Shown here: in pieces, positions 52,561-61,613 of the stretch
How positions within the stretch are numbered: the stretch's first letter is position 1
How the letters are laid out: the number at the start of each line of letters is the position of its first letter
NCBI GenBank assembly: GCA_043803945.1
Contig: JAZDJN010000104.1
Location: 32,001-96,000, forward strand
DNA: 64,000 nt
Source: a bacterium
GTDB lineage: Bacteria; Bacteroidota; Ignavibacteria; UBA10030
Direction: 5' to 3'
Position numbers and translations under genes: made by a program
Notes under the pieces: model-generated
Told to the model about the DNA's origin: nothing
What the model saw: only the letters and a program-made list of their open reading frames with translations
Database searches by the model: none

Positions 52561-52936
52561 TGACCCGTCAGTGGCTCCCCGCTATAAAGCAGCGGGGTAG
52601 GAAAGCTGATCCCGACAAGATCCGTCCCGATATGAGGCATCAGGACAAGTCGGGGCAGGTCGAATGAGCACCCCGTAAAATGCACGGGGTAAATGCGTAC
52701 GTTAAGCATGGCTGGCATAGGTGCAATGCAGGTTTGTAAGCCAGAGGTCGTTAGACTCCGATAGAGTCTAACGGACTCTATCGAGCTTATGAGCCATTGG
52801 CGAGACAAAGCTCGACTTCGTCGGCTTGGTTCGGATAGTACAATTTGTGAGCCAGAGGCGCAGGCGCAAAAGTTATCAGTGCGGCAGTCCCGAATAAAAA
52901 CATTTCGGGATAAACTTTAGCCGCCATCCGTTATAC
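52561..52936 (+). repeat. Expanded attC-like region packed with short palindromes
   Basis: At least 5 hairpins; ends GCCGCCATCCGTTATAC (R' core at 52930). Confidence 0.6.
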
Positions 52937-53019
52937 CGCTTGCGTTTTCAATGAAGCTATGTCCTAGCACGCAATGAACAGATGATTGATTTCTTACCAC
53001 ATTTTCAGGAATAACATAA

Positions 53020-53493
53020 ATGCAGTTCTCAAAGAAATGGTCAGTCTCTCGGCTCAAGCAGATAAGGCAGCGTCTTAAAGGGGCAAGAAAGCAAGGAGAT
53101 AATCCTCGAAAGAATGCAATCGAGACTCTTTTCCAACAAGTTGCTCGAGTTCCTTCACTCACATATGTTGGAAATGATCGTACAAAGCGCAACGCTATTC
53201 CTTTCCCTCGGGGAAAAACCAAGTATCCAGACTTTCGCTTCACTGATCAAAACAAGGTGATCGAAGTGATCGGTACTCACAGCCACGATGCACGCTACTC
53301 AACATGGCTTGCCAAGACTTATAACCGCATAGGCATTCGAGCATTGCTTATCTCTGAGACTGACATTGTTAACAACCCTCAATTTGTACATAATCGTGCA
53401 GTCAATTTCTATGGGCGATGCATAAAGTGCGGGAGTGCTCTCCAGTCGATGGGCACCGAGCCGCCTTATTGCCCTCAATGCGGTAACCTCTGA
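53020..53493 (+). CDS. Vsr/DUF559-like endonuclease with C-terminal zinc ribbon
   Basis: NAIE...YPDFRF...KVIEVIGTHSHD...IRALLISE; CIKC...CPQC. Confidence 0.6.
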   Translation: MQFSKKWSVSRLKQIRQRLKGARKQGDNPRKNAIETLFQQVARVPSLTYVGNDRTKRNAIPFPRGKTKYPDFRFTDQNKVIEVIGTHSHDARYSTWLAKTYNRIGIRALLISETDIVNNPQFVHNRAVNFYGRCIKCGSALQSMGTEPPYCPQCGNL

Positions 53494-53533
53494 AAAGAAC
53501 TACAATGTGCGACAACTTAACTTGGAGTAAATA

Positions 53534-54271
53534 ATGACCAGTTCACCTTCAGAAAAAATTCCTGTCCAATCGCCTTCTACTCAAGAATCATCGGCGCTGA
53601 AACAAACATTTATTGATAGACTCAAAGAGGACTATCTCAAGGCGCTATCTTCACTTGACAACGACGTGAAAAAGTTGGTTCAGAATGGTCAAGAAGCAAA
53701 AGCCTTGATGCTTTTTTCAGATAACCTAACGAAGATAATTGAGATAAAAGACACCCTGACTACATTCTATACTCTATTTTTGAACAATGTCTCCGTTCTA
53801 GAACGATTCGGATCAGAACGACTCAAACAACTCGGATATGAGCTGCAACCCATCTATGACACTCTCAAGGATGGCGATGCAGAACAAGCGGAAATTGAGC
53901 AGCATATTCTCAAGAACTTCCGCTCGCTGGGCATAAAGAAAACCCATTGGTATATCAAAGAAATCGTATTGACGGAAATTGAATATATGCTTGACACTCT
54001 TCAGATCCTCATTGAGCCTGACTTCCTTCCCCTGTTGGAATCGACACAATCAACCGGCGAAACAGAAGATAGGCCCGATCGCTACATACCCCCCGACGTC
54101 AAACTAGCAGTTTGGCGCAGAGATCAAGGTAAGTGCGTCCAATGTGGCTCAAAGGGTAAGCTGGAGTACGACCACATTATCCCGGTCTCTAAGGGTGGCT
54201 CCAACACAGAAAGGAACATTCAACTTCTGTGTGAGAAATGTAACCGTGAGAAGGCAACCAACATTCTTTGA
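53534..54271 (+). CDS. HNH endonuclease with helical N-terminal region
   Basis: VWRRDQGKCVQCG...EYDHIIPVSKGGSN...NIQLLCEKCN. Confidence 0.9.
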   Translation: MTSSPSEKIPVQSPSTQESSALKQTFIDRLKEDYLKALSSLDNDVKKLVQNGQEAKALMLFSDNLTKIIEIKDTLTTFYTLFLNNVSVLERFGSERLKQLGYELQPIYDTLKDGDAEQAEIEQHILKNFRSLGIKKTHWYIKEIVLTEIEYMLDTLQILIEPDFLPLLESTQSTGETEDRPDRYIPPDVKLAVWRRDQGKCVQCGSKGKLEYDHIIPVSKGGSNTERNIQLLCEKCNREKATNIL

Positions 54272-54323
54272 TGCGGCAATTGCGTACTGTCGCAGAACAT
54301 TTTTTTGCAATCGTGCGCAAGCG

Positions 54324-54483
54324 GTATAACCAGTCGCTGCTGCTGCTGACGGAATGAGCGTCGGTGCAATTTACATGGCGAGTAGAGGTTGAGTAGTTAA
54401 AGATAAAGTAGGTACAATGAACTTAGTTCGTTGGGTGCATGTTGCAAATATGCAGTGCCGCAGCTTAGCGCCCGTCGTTAGCC
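54324..54483 (+). repeat. attC site
   Basis: GTATAAC-CAGTCGCTGCTGC ... GCAGCTTAGCGCCCGTC-GTTAGCC. Confidence 0.85.
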
Positions 54484-54497
54484 ATTGGAGGTGAGTA

Positions 54498-55541
54498 ATG
54501 CTTTTTGAGTGGAAAGACGCAGGGAAAGATACATCAGATGTCGAGAAGTTGAAAGAGGTGCGACTCGCTGATTCTGGTCTTCGAGAACGAGACCTCGAGA
54601 ATCTCATCTCGAAGCGGATAGAGCAACTTGTTCGAACCGATCAACTCATGGTGATCATGCAGGAACGCTCTAGGCAAGAGGAGCCGGATATCCTTGCGTT
54701 AGACGAATCCGGTACCCTGTTCATCTTTGAGTTGAAACGGTGGGAAGGCAGGGGCGAAAATGTACTGCAGGTACTTCGCTATGGGCAAAAGTTTGGTCGA
54801 TATGAATATGATCGGCTGAATTATTTCTATCAGTCGTATAGTAGACATCGCCAGCAGGAGGTGACTCTGAAGGAGGCTCATAGAGAGTACTTCGGGCTCT
54901 CAGCATCCCTCGAAGAGAACCTCTTTAATATATCTCAGCAGTTCGTGGTTGTTACAAATGGCCTTGACTATGATACCTGGGATGCGATTGCTTTTTGGAA
55001 AGCCAAGGGACTCAATATCTTTCCTCTGATCTACAGATTATTTCGTCTTTCGGATAAACTTCACATTGATTTCGATCCTTACGGGCCAGTGCCTGATGCA
55101 CCAAAGGACTCAGAAAGTGGTCTTTATGTTGTAAATACGAACCTTACATATGATCCAGATGCTTACCAAGAGATGGTTACCGAGAGGAAAGGTGCGGCCT
55201 ACTACGACCGGAAATACGCAATTCAGAATATCAAGGCTGGCAACAGTGTTTGTCTATATCACGTCGGGGTTGGCGTTATTGGCATCGGCAAGGCAAAGAC
55301 AGATTACCAAAAAAAGGATATCGGTTCAGATTTAGCAGCAGAGTACTATGTCCCAATCGAATTCCAATACCTTGTCAATATCAACAGCGAGAATTGGACC
55401 AGCTTAGCAGTGCATGCTTGGGAGATAAACGCGAAATTTGGTACAAGTTATCGGTTTCGGCAGACTGTATTTCAACTACCTTACGAGTTTGCTGAATTCA
55501 TTAAAGATAAATTCAAGGAGAAAGGTGTGAAGAATGGCTAA
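54498..55541 (+). CDS. NucS/DUF91-like PD-(D/E)xK endonuclease with putative PUA/EVE-like C-terminal domain
   Basis: ERDLE, EPDILALD, IFELKR, QVLRY; C-terminal VNTN...IKAGNSVCLYHVGVGVIGIG. Confidence 0.75.
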   Translation: MLFEWKDAGKDTSDVEKLKEVRLADSGLRERDLENLISKRIEQLVRTDQLMVIMQERSRQEEPDILALDESGTLFIFELKRWEGRGENVLQVLRYGQKFGRYEYDRLNYFYQSYSRHRQQEVTLKEAHREYFGLSASLEENLFNISQQFVVVTNGLDYDTWDAIAFWKAKGLNIFPLIYRLFRLSDKLHIDFDPYGPVPDAPKDSESGLYVVNTNLTYDPDAYQEMVTERKGAAYYDRKYAIQNIKAGNSVCLYHVGVGVIGIGKAKTDYQKKDIGSDLAAEYYVPIEFQYLVNINSENWTSLAVHAWEINAKFGTSYRFRQTVFQLPYEFAEFIKDKFKEKGVKNG

Positions 55542-55639
55542 CCCGCGCATGCACCACGACACACCTTCGCGAAAAAGATTGATCACGTTAAAGAGATATA
55601 CAGCGCTCCGGTGTGCGGGTGATGCGCAGCCCGTTAGGC
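55536..55639 (+). repeat. attC site (canonical)
   Basis: GGCTAAC (contains the stop codon) CCGCGCATGCACC ... GGTGATGCGCAGCCC GTTAGGC. Confidence 0.9.
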
Positions 55640-55658
55640 GCGCCTAAATATAAAAAAT

Positions 55659-56888
55659 ATGAACAATATTGAAATTGAAAATAAACTTATTGAGGTGCTT
55701 GATCCAAACGGCAAGGCTTACAAGGATGCCTCGGTAAATTTATCAAAAATACCACCTCAATATCATGAAAATATTCTTAATGCTTTGCTGGCAGATTCTC
55801 TTTCAAAAGAATTAATATCTCAACCTGAATTTGCAAAAGGTCATGGTTATTCAATCTGGCTTGGAGATTCAGGAACTGGACTCACACCTGTTATGGCAGC
55901 TCAAGTGCTTATTCGTCGTACAAGCAGAACAAGTGACCCAAAAGAAGCCGTTGATTGGCTCAATCGTGTTCTTGCCACAAAGGAGGCTGATGGAAAAATC
56001 ATTCTTGCTCTTTGGGGGATTCTCGTAGAACAACCAATTCATTTCAATGAAGAATTATCCCTCATTGCTTTCTCGGATGTTACACCGTCACACAATAAAA
56101 AAGTAATTCTGGACTCGGCAAGCACTTATCCCATCGGTGTGTTTCAACCCTTTCCCTTCAGATCTCCATCGGCGGCACTTACTGCTAAAATTCATGTAAA
56201 TCCATTTATTCAACCATCTGAACTCGCTGGCTTGCCTCCTCAAGGACCGTTGCCCCAACATGAAATGCTTGAGTTAGCCCGACTTTCTCTTAATTGTGTG
56301 GGTACAGCTACTGCAATCGCAGCAGCCTCTTGGTTTCAATTTGATGATCCAGATATCCAAGATGCTGTTCTCTTTAGTGGTATCTCTACTCGTATTGGAT
56401 TAAAACACGACATTCTATTTATTAAAGACTCAAATATTGAGATTGAAGAGGCACAAAAAGTTGTTCGTTCAGTTCTCCGTCTCTCTGGTGATGTTGCCAA
56501 GCGTACGAAAATATCTCTTCAAAGATTTGATAGAGCCTGCAGACATTTTGATCTTAATGATAAGGCTCTTGATCTTGCAATTGCACTAGAATCTTTACTC
56601 ACTGAGGACGCTGGAGAAAATAATTTTAAGGTGGGTTTGCGGGCTGCACTACTATCGGCTGATAATCCAAAGGAACAAATCCGTGCTCGTTATTTAGTTA
56701 ATGGTCTTTATAAGATTCGTAACAAGGTTGTGCACCGCGGATATGCTCTAAAAGAAGTTACTATCAAGGAGAAGAAGATTCCGACTTCAGAAGTCATCAA
56801 TGAATCTGTAAAAATTGTCGCTCAAGTAATTAAAACTATCGCTGAGAAGGGAATTATTCCTGATTGGCATGAATACGAATTGGAATAG
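55659..56888 (+). CDS. HEPN-domain protein (ApeA-like)
   Basis: C-terminal DLAIALESLL and YKIRNKVVHRG (RxxxxH). Confidence 0.75.
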   Translation: MNNIEIENKLIEVLDPNGKAYKDASVNLSKIPPQYHENILNALLADSLSKELISQPEFAKGHGYSIWLGDSGTGLTPVMAAQVLIRRTSRTSDPKEAVDWLNRVLATKEADGKIILALWGILVEQPIHFNEELSLIAFSDVTPSHNKKVILDSASTYPIGVFQPFPFRSPSAALTAKIHVNPFIQPSELAGLPPQGPLPQHEMLELARLSLNCVGTATAIAAASWFQFDDPDIQDAVLFSGISTRIGLKHDILFIKDSNIEIEEAQKVVRSVLRLSGDVAKRTKISLQRFDRACRHFDLNDKALDLAIALESLLTEDAGENNFKVGLRAALLSADNPKEQIRARYLVNGLYKIRNKVVHRGYALKEVTIKEKKIPTSEVINESVKIVAQVIKTIAEKGIIPDWHEYELE

Positions 56889-56901
56889 TTCTTAAGCCCG
56901 C

Positions 56902-57166
56902 CTTCCAAGTAACTCACTGACTTGATACGGGAACGAGTTGATAGCCAAGCGATTCAGCTCTGTGTTTAAGATTATGAATGATGCGGGATTTGAATTTTTC
57001 CTCATAGTAATCGGCGCCGAGATCGACGTACTCGACTTTGAATTTCAGCATTTTGTAGACAATCCGTGCCAACTTGTGGATTGTAGCGGTGATAGCCTCC
57101 GGTCCACCGTGTTTTTCTCTTACTCTTCAGAAAGCACCAAGGGCACAATGAGCATTGGCGAAGGCG
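56902..57166 (-). mobile_element. IS110-family transposase 3' remnant with element end
   Basis: Manual translation ...ALGAF*RVREKHGGPEAITATIHKLARIVYKMLKFKVEYVDLGADYYEEKFKSRIIHNLKHRAESLGYQLVP; followed by GTTACTTGGAAG. Confidence 0.8.
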
Positions 57167-57293
57167 GACAAGCCCGCCTACGTTACAAAGCAAACTCCGG
57201 CGGGTAGGCGTGCCTCGTTAAGCATGATTTGCAGAGGTGCAGCGGCATTCGGTATGTTAACGAGTAATAACGATCCAAGAAAAGGTCAAACTC

Positions 57294-58643
57294 ATGACAA
57301 AACGGCAATGGTTCATTCGCGGATCTGTGTTTCTCTTCTTCCTGCTGCTGGCCATCAATTTGTATGTCTTCTTTACCCGCGAATGGGAATCTTCTTTCAC
57401 CCCAACATCGTATGCAACGCTCTACTACCCGCTCGATATCCCGACTATCCGTGAATGGAAGCTTGTGGAGCGCAATCGAATTCAACTGGACCTTGCCTGC
57501 ACGAATGAAATAGCCGAATGGAAAATCCTCACAGACGGCGAGAACGAACAAACCGCCACCGGAATGAAACCGTCGTTTCGCATCGACACAACATTCAGTA
57601 AGCTCCACACCTACAAGCTTATTCCAGTCGCCAATCAGGCAATTCAGCCGATCGAAATCTCCATCCGCTTCTACGGCGAAGAGTTCTATGCATCCCTCGG
57701 GATGAAGCACGCCGATGTCTATGTGGTACGCGCAAATGTACCGTGCGGTGAGTTCGAACAGTATTCTGTCGACGACTGGGTGGATGATTACCGGTATGTC
57801 GGTGAAGCGGCTCTGGCTGAAGTGAGCCGCATCTTGTATGATGAAGTGGGAATACGCGACACAGATGCGACGTTCACGCGAATGGAGAAACTCTTTCCCT
57901 ACCTGCGCAAAAAACTCAAAGGCTCGGGTGGCGTACCGAAGGACGAGGAACGATGGATGGATCCCTATCAACTGTACACCGAAATGGCTGCCGGCACCGG
58001 AAAAGGATGGTGTACGCAAAACGCCCAGGTGTGGGTATTCTGGGCAAACAGGGCAGGAATCCCTACGAGATTTGTTTTTGGCGCACGAACTCAAGACGAC
58101 AGGATCGTGTATACGGGGCATGCCTGGGCAGAATCATACATACGTGAACAATATCGGTGGGCATTTGTCGACCTGTCGCAAGCCGAACTCTACATCACCA
58201 ACAGAACAGGGCAGGTTCTCAACACGGCAGAGCTGTTTCATTTGAACCAGCAGAACGCGTTTGACAGTACGTTTGCCAGAATCTACTCAGACTGGATCTG
58301 GGAAAACCATTCCGGCTTTCCGGGAAAAGACACACTGGTGACGGTCCCCTTTGCACTGTGTAACCAATTAGTACGGAGCGAATTCACACCTCAGGCGATT
58401 CTTAAGTATCGACGGCCGCCGAACATTGAAGACGTTCGGGAGATCTATACGGGATTTATAAGCGACAGAACTTTTCTTCTGGGAAACATCGAGCGGTACC
58501 TTTTCAAACCTCAGTTAGCCTATTCCCTTTATCCGACGGAAGGTGGACACACATACTTTATCCGTCGTTTCCTGTTCTTCGCTTTGCTCACAAGTTTTGT
58601 ATTCTGGATGACGCTACTTGCGGTCGGTAGGGTCTGGAACTGA
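57294..58643 (+). CDS. Transglutaminase-like membrane-anchored protein
   Basis: N- and C-terminal TMs; GWCTQ, GHAWAE, FVDL (Cys-His-Asp triad). Confidence 0.75.
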   Translation: MTKRQWFIRGSVFLFFLLLAINLYVFFTREWESSFTPTSYATLYYPLDIPTIREWKLVERNRIQLDLACTNEIAEWKILTDGENEQTATGMKPSFRIDTTFSKLHTYKLIPVANQAIQPIEISIRFYGEEFYASLGMKHADVYVVRANVPCGEFEQYSVDDWVDDYRYVGEAALAEVSRILYDEVGIRDTDATFTRMEKLFPYLRKKLKGSGGVPKDEERWMDPYQLYTEMAAGTGKGWCTQNAQVWVFWANRAGIPTRFVFGARTQDDRIVYTGHAWAESYIREQYRWAFVDLSQAELYITNRTGQVLNTAELFHLNQQNAFDSTFARIYSDWIWENHSGFPGKDTLVTVPFALCNQLVRSEFTPQAILKYRRPPNIEDVREIYTGFISDRTFLLGNIERYLFKPQLAYSLYPTEGGHTYFIRRFLFFALLTSFVFWMTLLAVGRVWN

Positions 58644-58721
58644 AGGTTCAGGACAAATACTAATGCTTTTACAAATAAATACTGTTGTAGTTTGAAGTTG
58701 AGTTGAGATTCTGAAATCTGA

Positions 58722-58920
58722 CCCCATCCTACCTTCCCCTAAGAGTGGAAGGATTTAGGTGGGGTTGTCCAAAAAGCAAAAAAAGAACGCTGTCATTCCC
58801 GCATGCTTCTAGCGGGAATCCAGAAATTTGAAAGATTAAGGCACGGGACACCCGACCTGCCTGCCGGCAGGCAGGTAAAATCATTCGGGTGTGACAGTTT
58901 TTTTCTTTTTGATCAGCCCC
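58722..58920. repeat. Nested palindromic (REP/MITE-like) element
   Basis: GGGGTTGTCCAAAAAG/TTTTGATCAGCCCC arms enclose TGTCATTCCCGC..GCGGGAATCC..CGGGTGTGACA, which encloses CCTGCCTGCCGGCAGGCAGG. Confidence 0.8.
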
Positions 58921-59246
58921 TGAAGAGGGGGTCAATAAATACAACATTAATTTCTTTGAACTGCACTTGGTCCCGGTTGAACATGTGGTTGAGACCGGAA
59001 CGATGGAAGAGAAACCTTGAATACTTGATAGTCCCATCAGAGTCTCTCTATCGATGAACGGTGAACGAGTATGTTCAAGACAATCATCAAAAAAAATCGG
59101 ATATATTTCAAACCTCAACTGTATGCATTACAGTAAATTTTCGCAATCCCAATGTGGACGAGTTGACAACTCGTCCTACAATTTAGTCAGCCCCATATGG
59201 GGTGGTTGGGGGTTGATAATGAGAATTCAGGTTAATTGATGACTTT

Positions 59247-61388
59247 CTATTTTACTCCCATCTCCTTGAGCAGGAACCCGGCCTTGCCGAATTTTTCTGT
59301 GACGAAGAGAACATAGCGAATATCGACAGAGATCGTTCTCTGAAGATCATAATCGAATTGCCAATCGCCGATCATTGCTTCATAGTTGCCGTCGAATGCC
59401 ACACCAACAATTTCACCTTTTGCATTCATCACCGGACTTCCGCTGTTCCCTCCGGTTATATCGCACTGATGCGTGAACGCAACGGGCACACTCTTTAATG
59501 CGGGATCGGCATATGTTCCATAATCCTTCTTCTCATATAACTCAACCAATCCCTGCGGTGCGTCGAAAGGCTCGACACCGGTATTCTTCTCCACTACTCC
59601 CTTCAAGGTTGTAAAAGGGGAATACCATACTGCATCGGCGGGTTTATACCCTTTCACCTTCCCCCAGGTAAATCGCATGGTGCCATTTGCATCGGGGTAG
59701 AGATTCGATCCCTTCCATTCGTAGAGGGCATCCATATAGATTTTTCTTACAGCAGTAACCTTGATGTTAAATTGCTGGGTCGCCTGCTGGATTTCCGTGA
59801 AGACCGGATCGAGCGAAGCTGTGAGTTCGATGAATGGATCGCGAAGATCGCGCAATTCCTTTGTCGTCTTTTTCAGCAGCCCTTTCACGTATTCCATATT
59901 CGCCAGCCTGGATGATTTGAATGCCTCGTCGACAAATTGTTCGAGCGTTCTCGACTTTTCACTGAAGATCGTTTCCAGAGGAACGATCCGTTGATCACCT
60001 TTCAGATCGTTTGCCAGCTTGAGAGCACGGAGGAATAATGCTTTTTCAACAGGTTCGAAATAATCATTCACGGTAAATTGCAGCCCATCCATGGTCTGTT
60101 GAATTGTCTGTTCATAATTTTGATCTCTCTCCTGTTCAGGCTTGTCCATCTCCTTGGCCAGTGCATACATGTTCCCTGCGATATTCAGCGGCGCGCCGGC
60201 AAGTCCCTGGAATAGCCCAATGATGTTATCCCGCTCACGGGTCTTTGCGATGATGTCGTAGATTGCCTTTTCATCAGTTATTACGCTTCCATATCGTTGT
60301 TGGCGCTGAGGATTGGCATTGACCCATGCCATCAGCTCCTTTTCAAAGTCGAGCTTCTTCTGGACAAAGTTGAGCTTCTTCATTCCGTCGACTTTCCCCT
60401 GGTAATTTTTCATCGTGTTTGCCAGACCGCGCGCGAGGTTCGCAACCTTCAATTCGCCGTCACGGTTGTTCTTTGTAAGCTTATCAAGAATGTCGAGGAT
60501 CTCTTTAAAATTGTTAATCGAAAAAGGGTAGTTGTACTGATAATTCCAGTTGGCTGAGTTCGATGTCCGATACCGCGTTGTCTGCCCCGGGAAACCAATG
60601 ATAAACGTGAAGTCCCCCTCCTTCAGGTTGCCCTTTGCCGGTTTCAGCCAGACTGCAGGTTTGTAGGGAACATTATTCGGGCTGTACTCTTTTCCCTTCC
60701 CTTCGGGTGAAACATAAACACGCATGAAAGAAAAATCGCCAGTGTGACGCGGCCACATCCAGTTATCCACTTCCCCGCCATAATTTCCGATAGATTGGGG
60801 AGGCGCATAGACAATCCGGATGTCTTTGAATACACGGTAGACATACAGCATGTATTGTTTGCCGTTAAACATTTCAGAAATGATTGCCCGGATATCCTCC
60901 TGATCTTTTTTGACAGCCTTTGTCATTTCGGTAATTTTTGCCGTCACTTTGGTGTTCCGTTCAACGGGATCGGTGATATCTTTGACAGCATCAAGAATTT
61001 CCCTGGTAACATCTTTCAATTGTGTAACCATGAATGCCTGGTATCCGGGAGCCCGGATCTCTTCAGCGCTGCTCTTCGCCAGGAATCCATTTTTTAGATA
61101 ATCGCTCTGGATGTTCGATGTGCGTTGAATGGCACCATACGCGACATGATGATTCGTGATCAATAATCCCTCAGGCGAAACGAACGAAGCGGTTCCGCCT
61201 CCAAGCTGAACCACTGCACTGTACAATGCAGGTTTATCAGGTCGATAAATCTCCTTCACACCGATTTGAAGTCCTTGCTTCTTCAAATCCAGCTTCTCAA
61301 TTTGATTGAGCAGCCACATTCCCTCTTGTGCGGAGGCAGTGAGAATGAACATGAACGAAATGAATAAATAGAACATAAATTTTTTCAT
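59247..61388 (-). CDS. S46 family dipeptidyl peptidase (DPP7/DPP11-like)
   Basis: EGMWL, TNHHV, DNWMWPRHTGDFS, DITGGNSGSP, FDGN; start MKKFMF after AGGAG. Confidence 0.93.
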   Translation of the reverse strand: MKKFMFYLFISFMFILTASAQEGMWLLNQIEKLDLKKQGLQIGVKEIYRPDKPALYSAVVQLGGGTASFVSPEGLLITNHHVAYGAIQRTSNIQSDYLKNGFLAKSSAEEIRAPGYQAFMVTQLKDVTREILDAVKDITDPVERNTKVTAKITEMTKAVKKDQEDIRAIISEMFNGKQYMLYVYRVFKDIRIVYAPPQSIGNYGGEVDNWMWPRHTGDFSFMRVYVSPEGKGKEYSPNNVPYKPAVWLKPAKGNLKEGDFTFIIGFPGQTTRYRTSNSANWNYQYNYPFSINNFKEILDILDKLTKNNRDGELKVANLARGLANTMKNYQGKVDGMKKLNFVQKKLDFEKELMAWVNANPQRQQRYGSVITDEKAIYDIIAKTRERDNIIGLFQGLAGAPLNIAGNMYALAKEMDKPEQERDQNYEQTIQQTMDGLQFTVNDYFEPVEKALFLRALKLANDLKGDQRIVPLETIFSEKSRTLEQFVDEAFKSSRLANMEYVKGLLKKTTKELRDLRDPFIELTASLDPVFTEIQQATQQFNIKVTAVRKIYMDALYEWKGSNLYPDANGTMRFTWGKVKGYKPADAVWYSPFTTLKGVVEKNTGVEPFDAPQGLVELYEKKDYGTYADPALKSVPVAFTHQCDITGGNSGSPVMNAKGEIVGVAFDGNYEAMIGDWQFDYDLQRTISVDIRYVLFVTEKFGKAGFLLKEMGVK

Positions 61389-61613
61389 AGGATCTCCTGA
61401 AAGTGAGTGTTGGTAGATCGACTTATTGTGAGGGTATGATGAGGATCGAACGTGCATGATTACTTGTATGGGATACGATGATACCTTCTCCAATGTTGCG
61501 TTGAATGACCTGAGCGTAACATAGAAGAATCTGGATCGGCGTGCTATGAAAATATGACGAAACGGATAGAGCAAGCCGCATCTTGCTGTCGAACGGAGAG
61601 GAGTATAAAGAAT

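Larger units (their letters stand above)
45253..57290 (+). mobile_element. Integron-like gene cassette array without integrase in window (CALIN-like)
   Basis: Co-oriented short genes separated by RYYYAAC...GTTRRRY-type attC sites with a conserved GCAGCTTA.CGC motif; exact cassette-end complementarity. Confidence 0.8.

Noticed and set aside
52561-53493. Retron msr/msd or group I intron with homing endonuclease
   Set aside because: No reverse transcriptase, no interrupted host gene and no recognisable intron core; cassette ends explain the boundaries better
57183-58121. 312-aa minus-strand ORF
   Set aside because: Antisense to the transglutaminase-like gene, which has a clear catalytic triad
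57294-58643. Transglutaminase-like gene as a definite cassette
   Set aside because: Co-oriented and preceded by attC-like debris, but no matching R'/R'' ends were found; left unassigned
58729-59239. Short ORFs downstream of the S46 peptidase
   Set aside because: They partly read through palindromic repeats (e.g. LPAGRQ from CCTGCCGGCAGGCAGG) and show no coding signal
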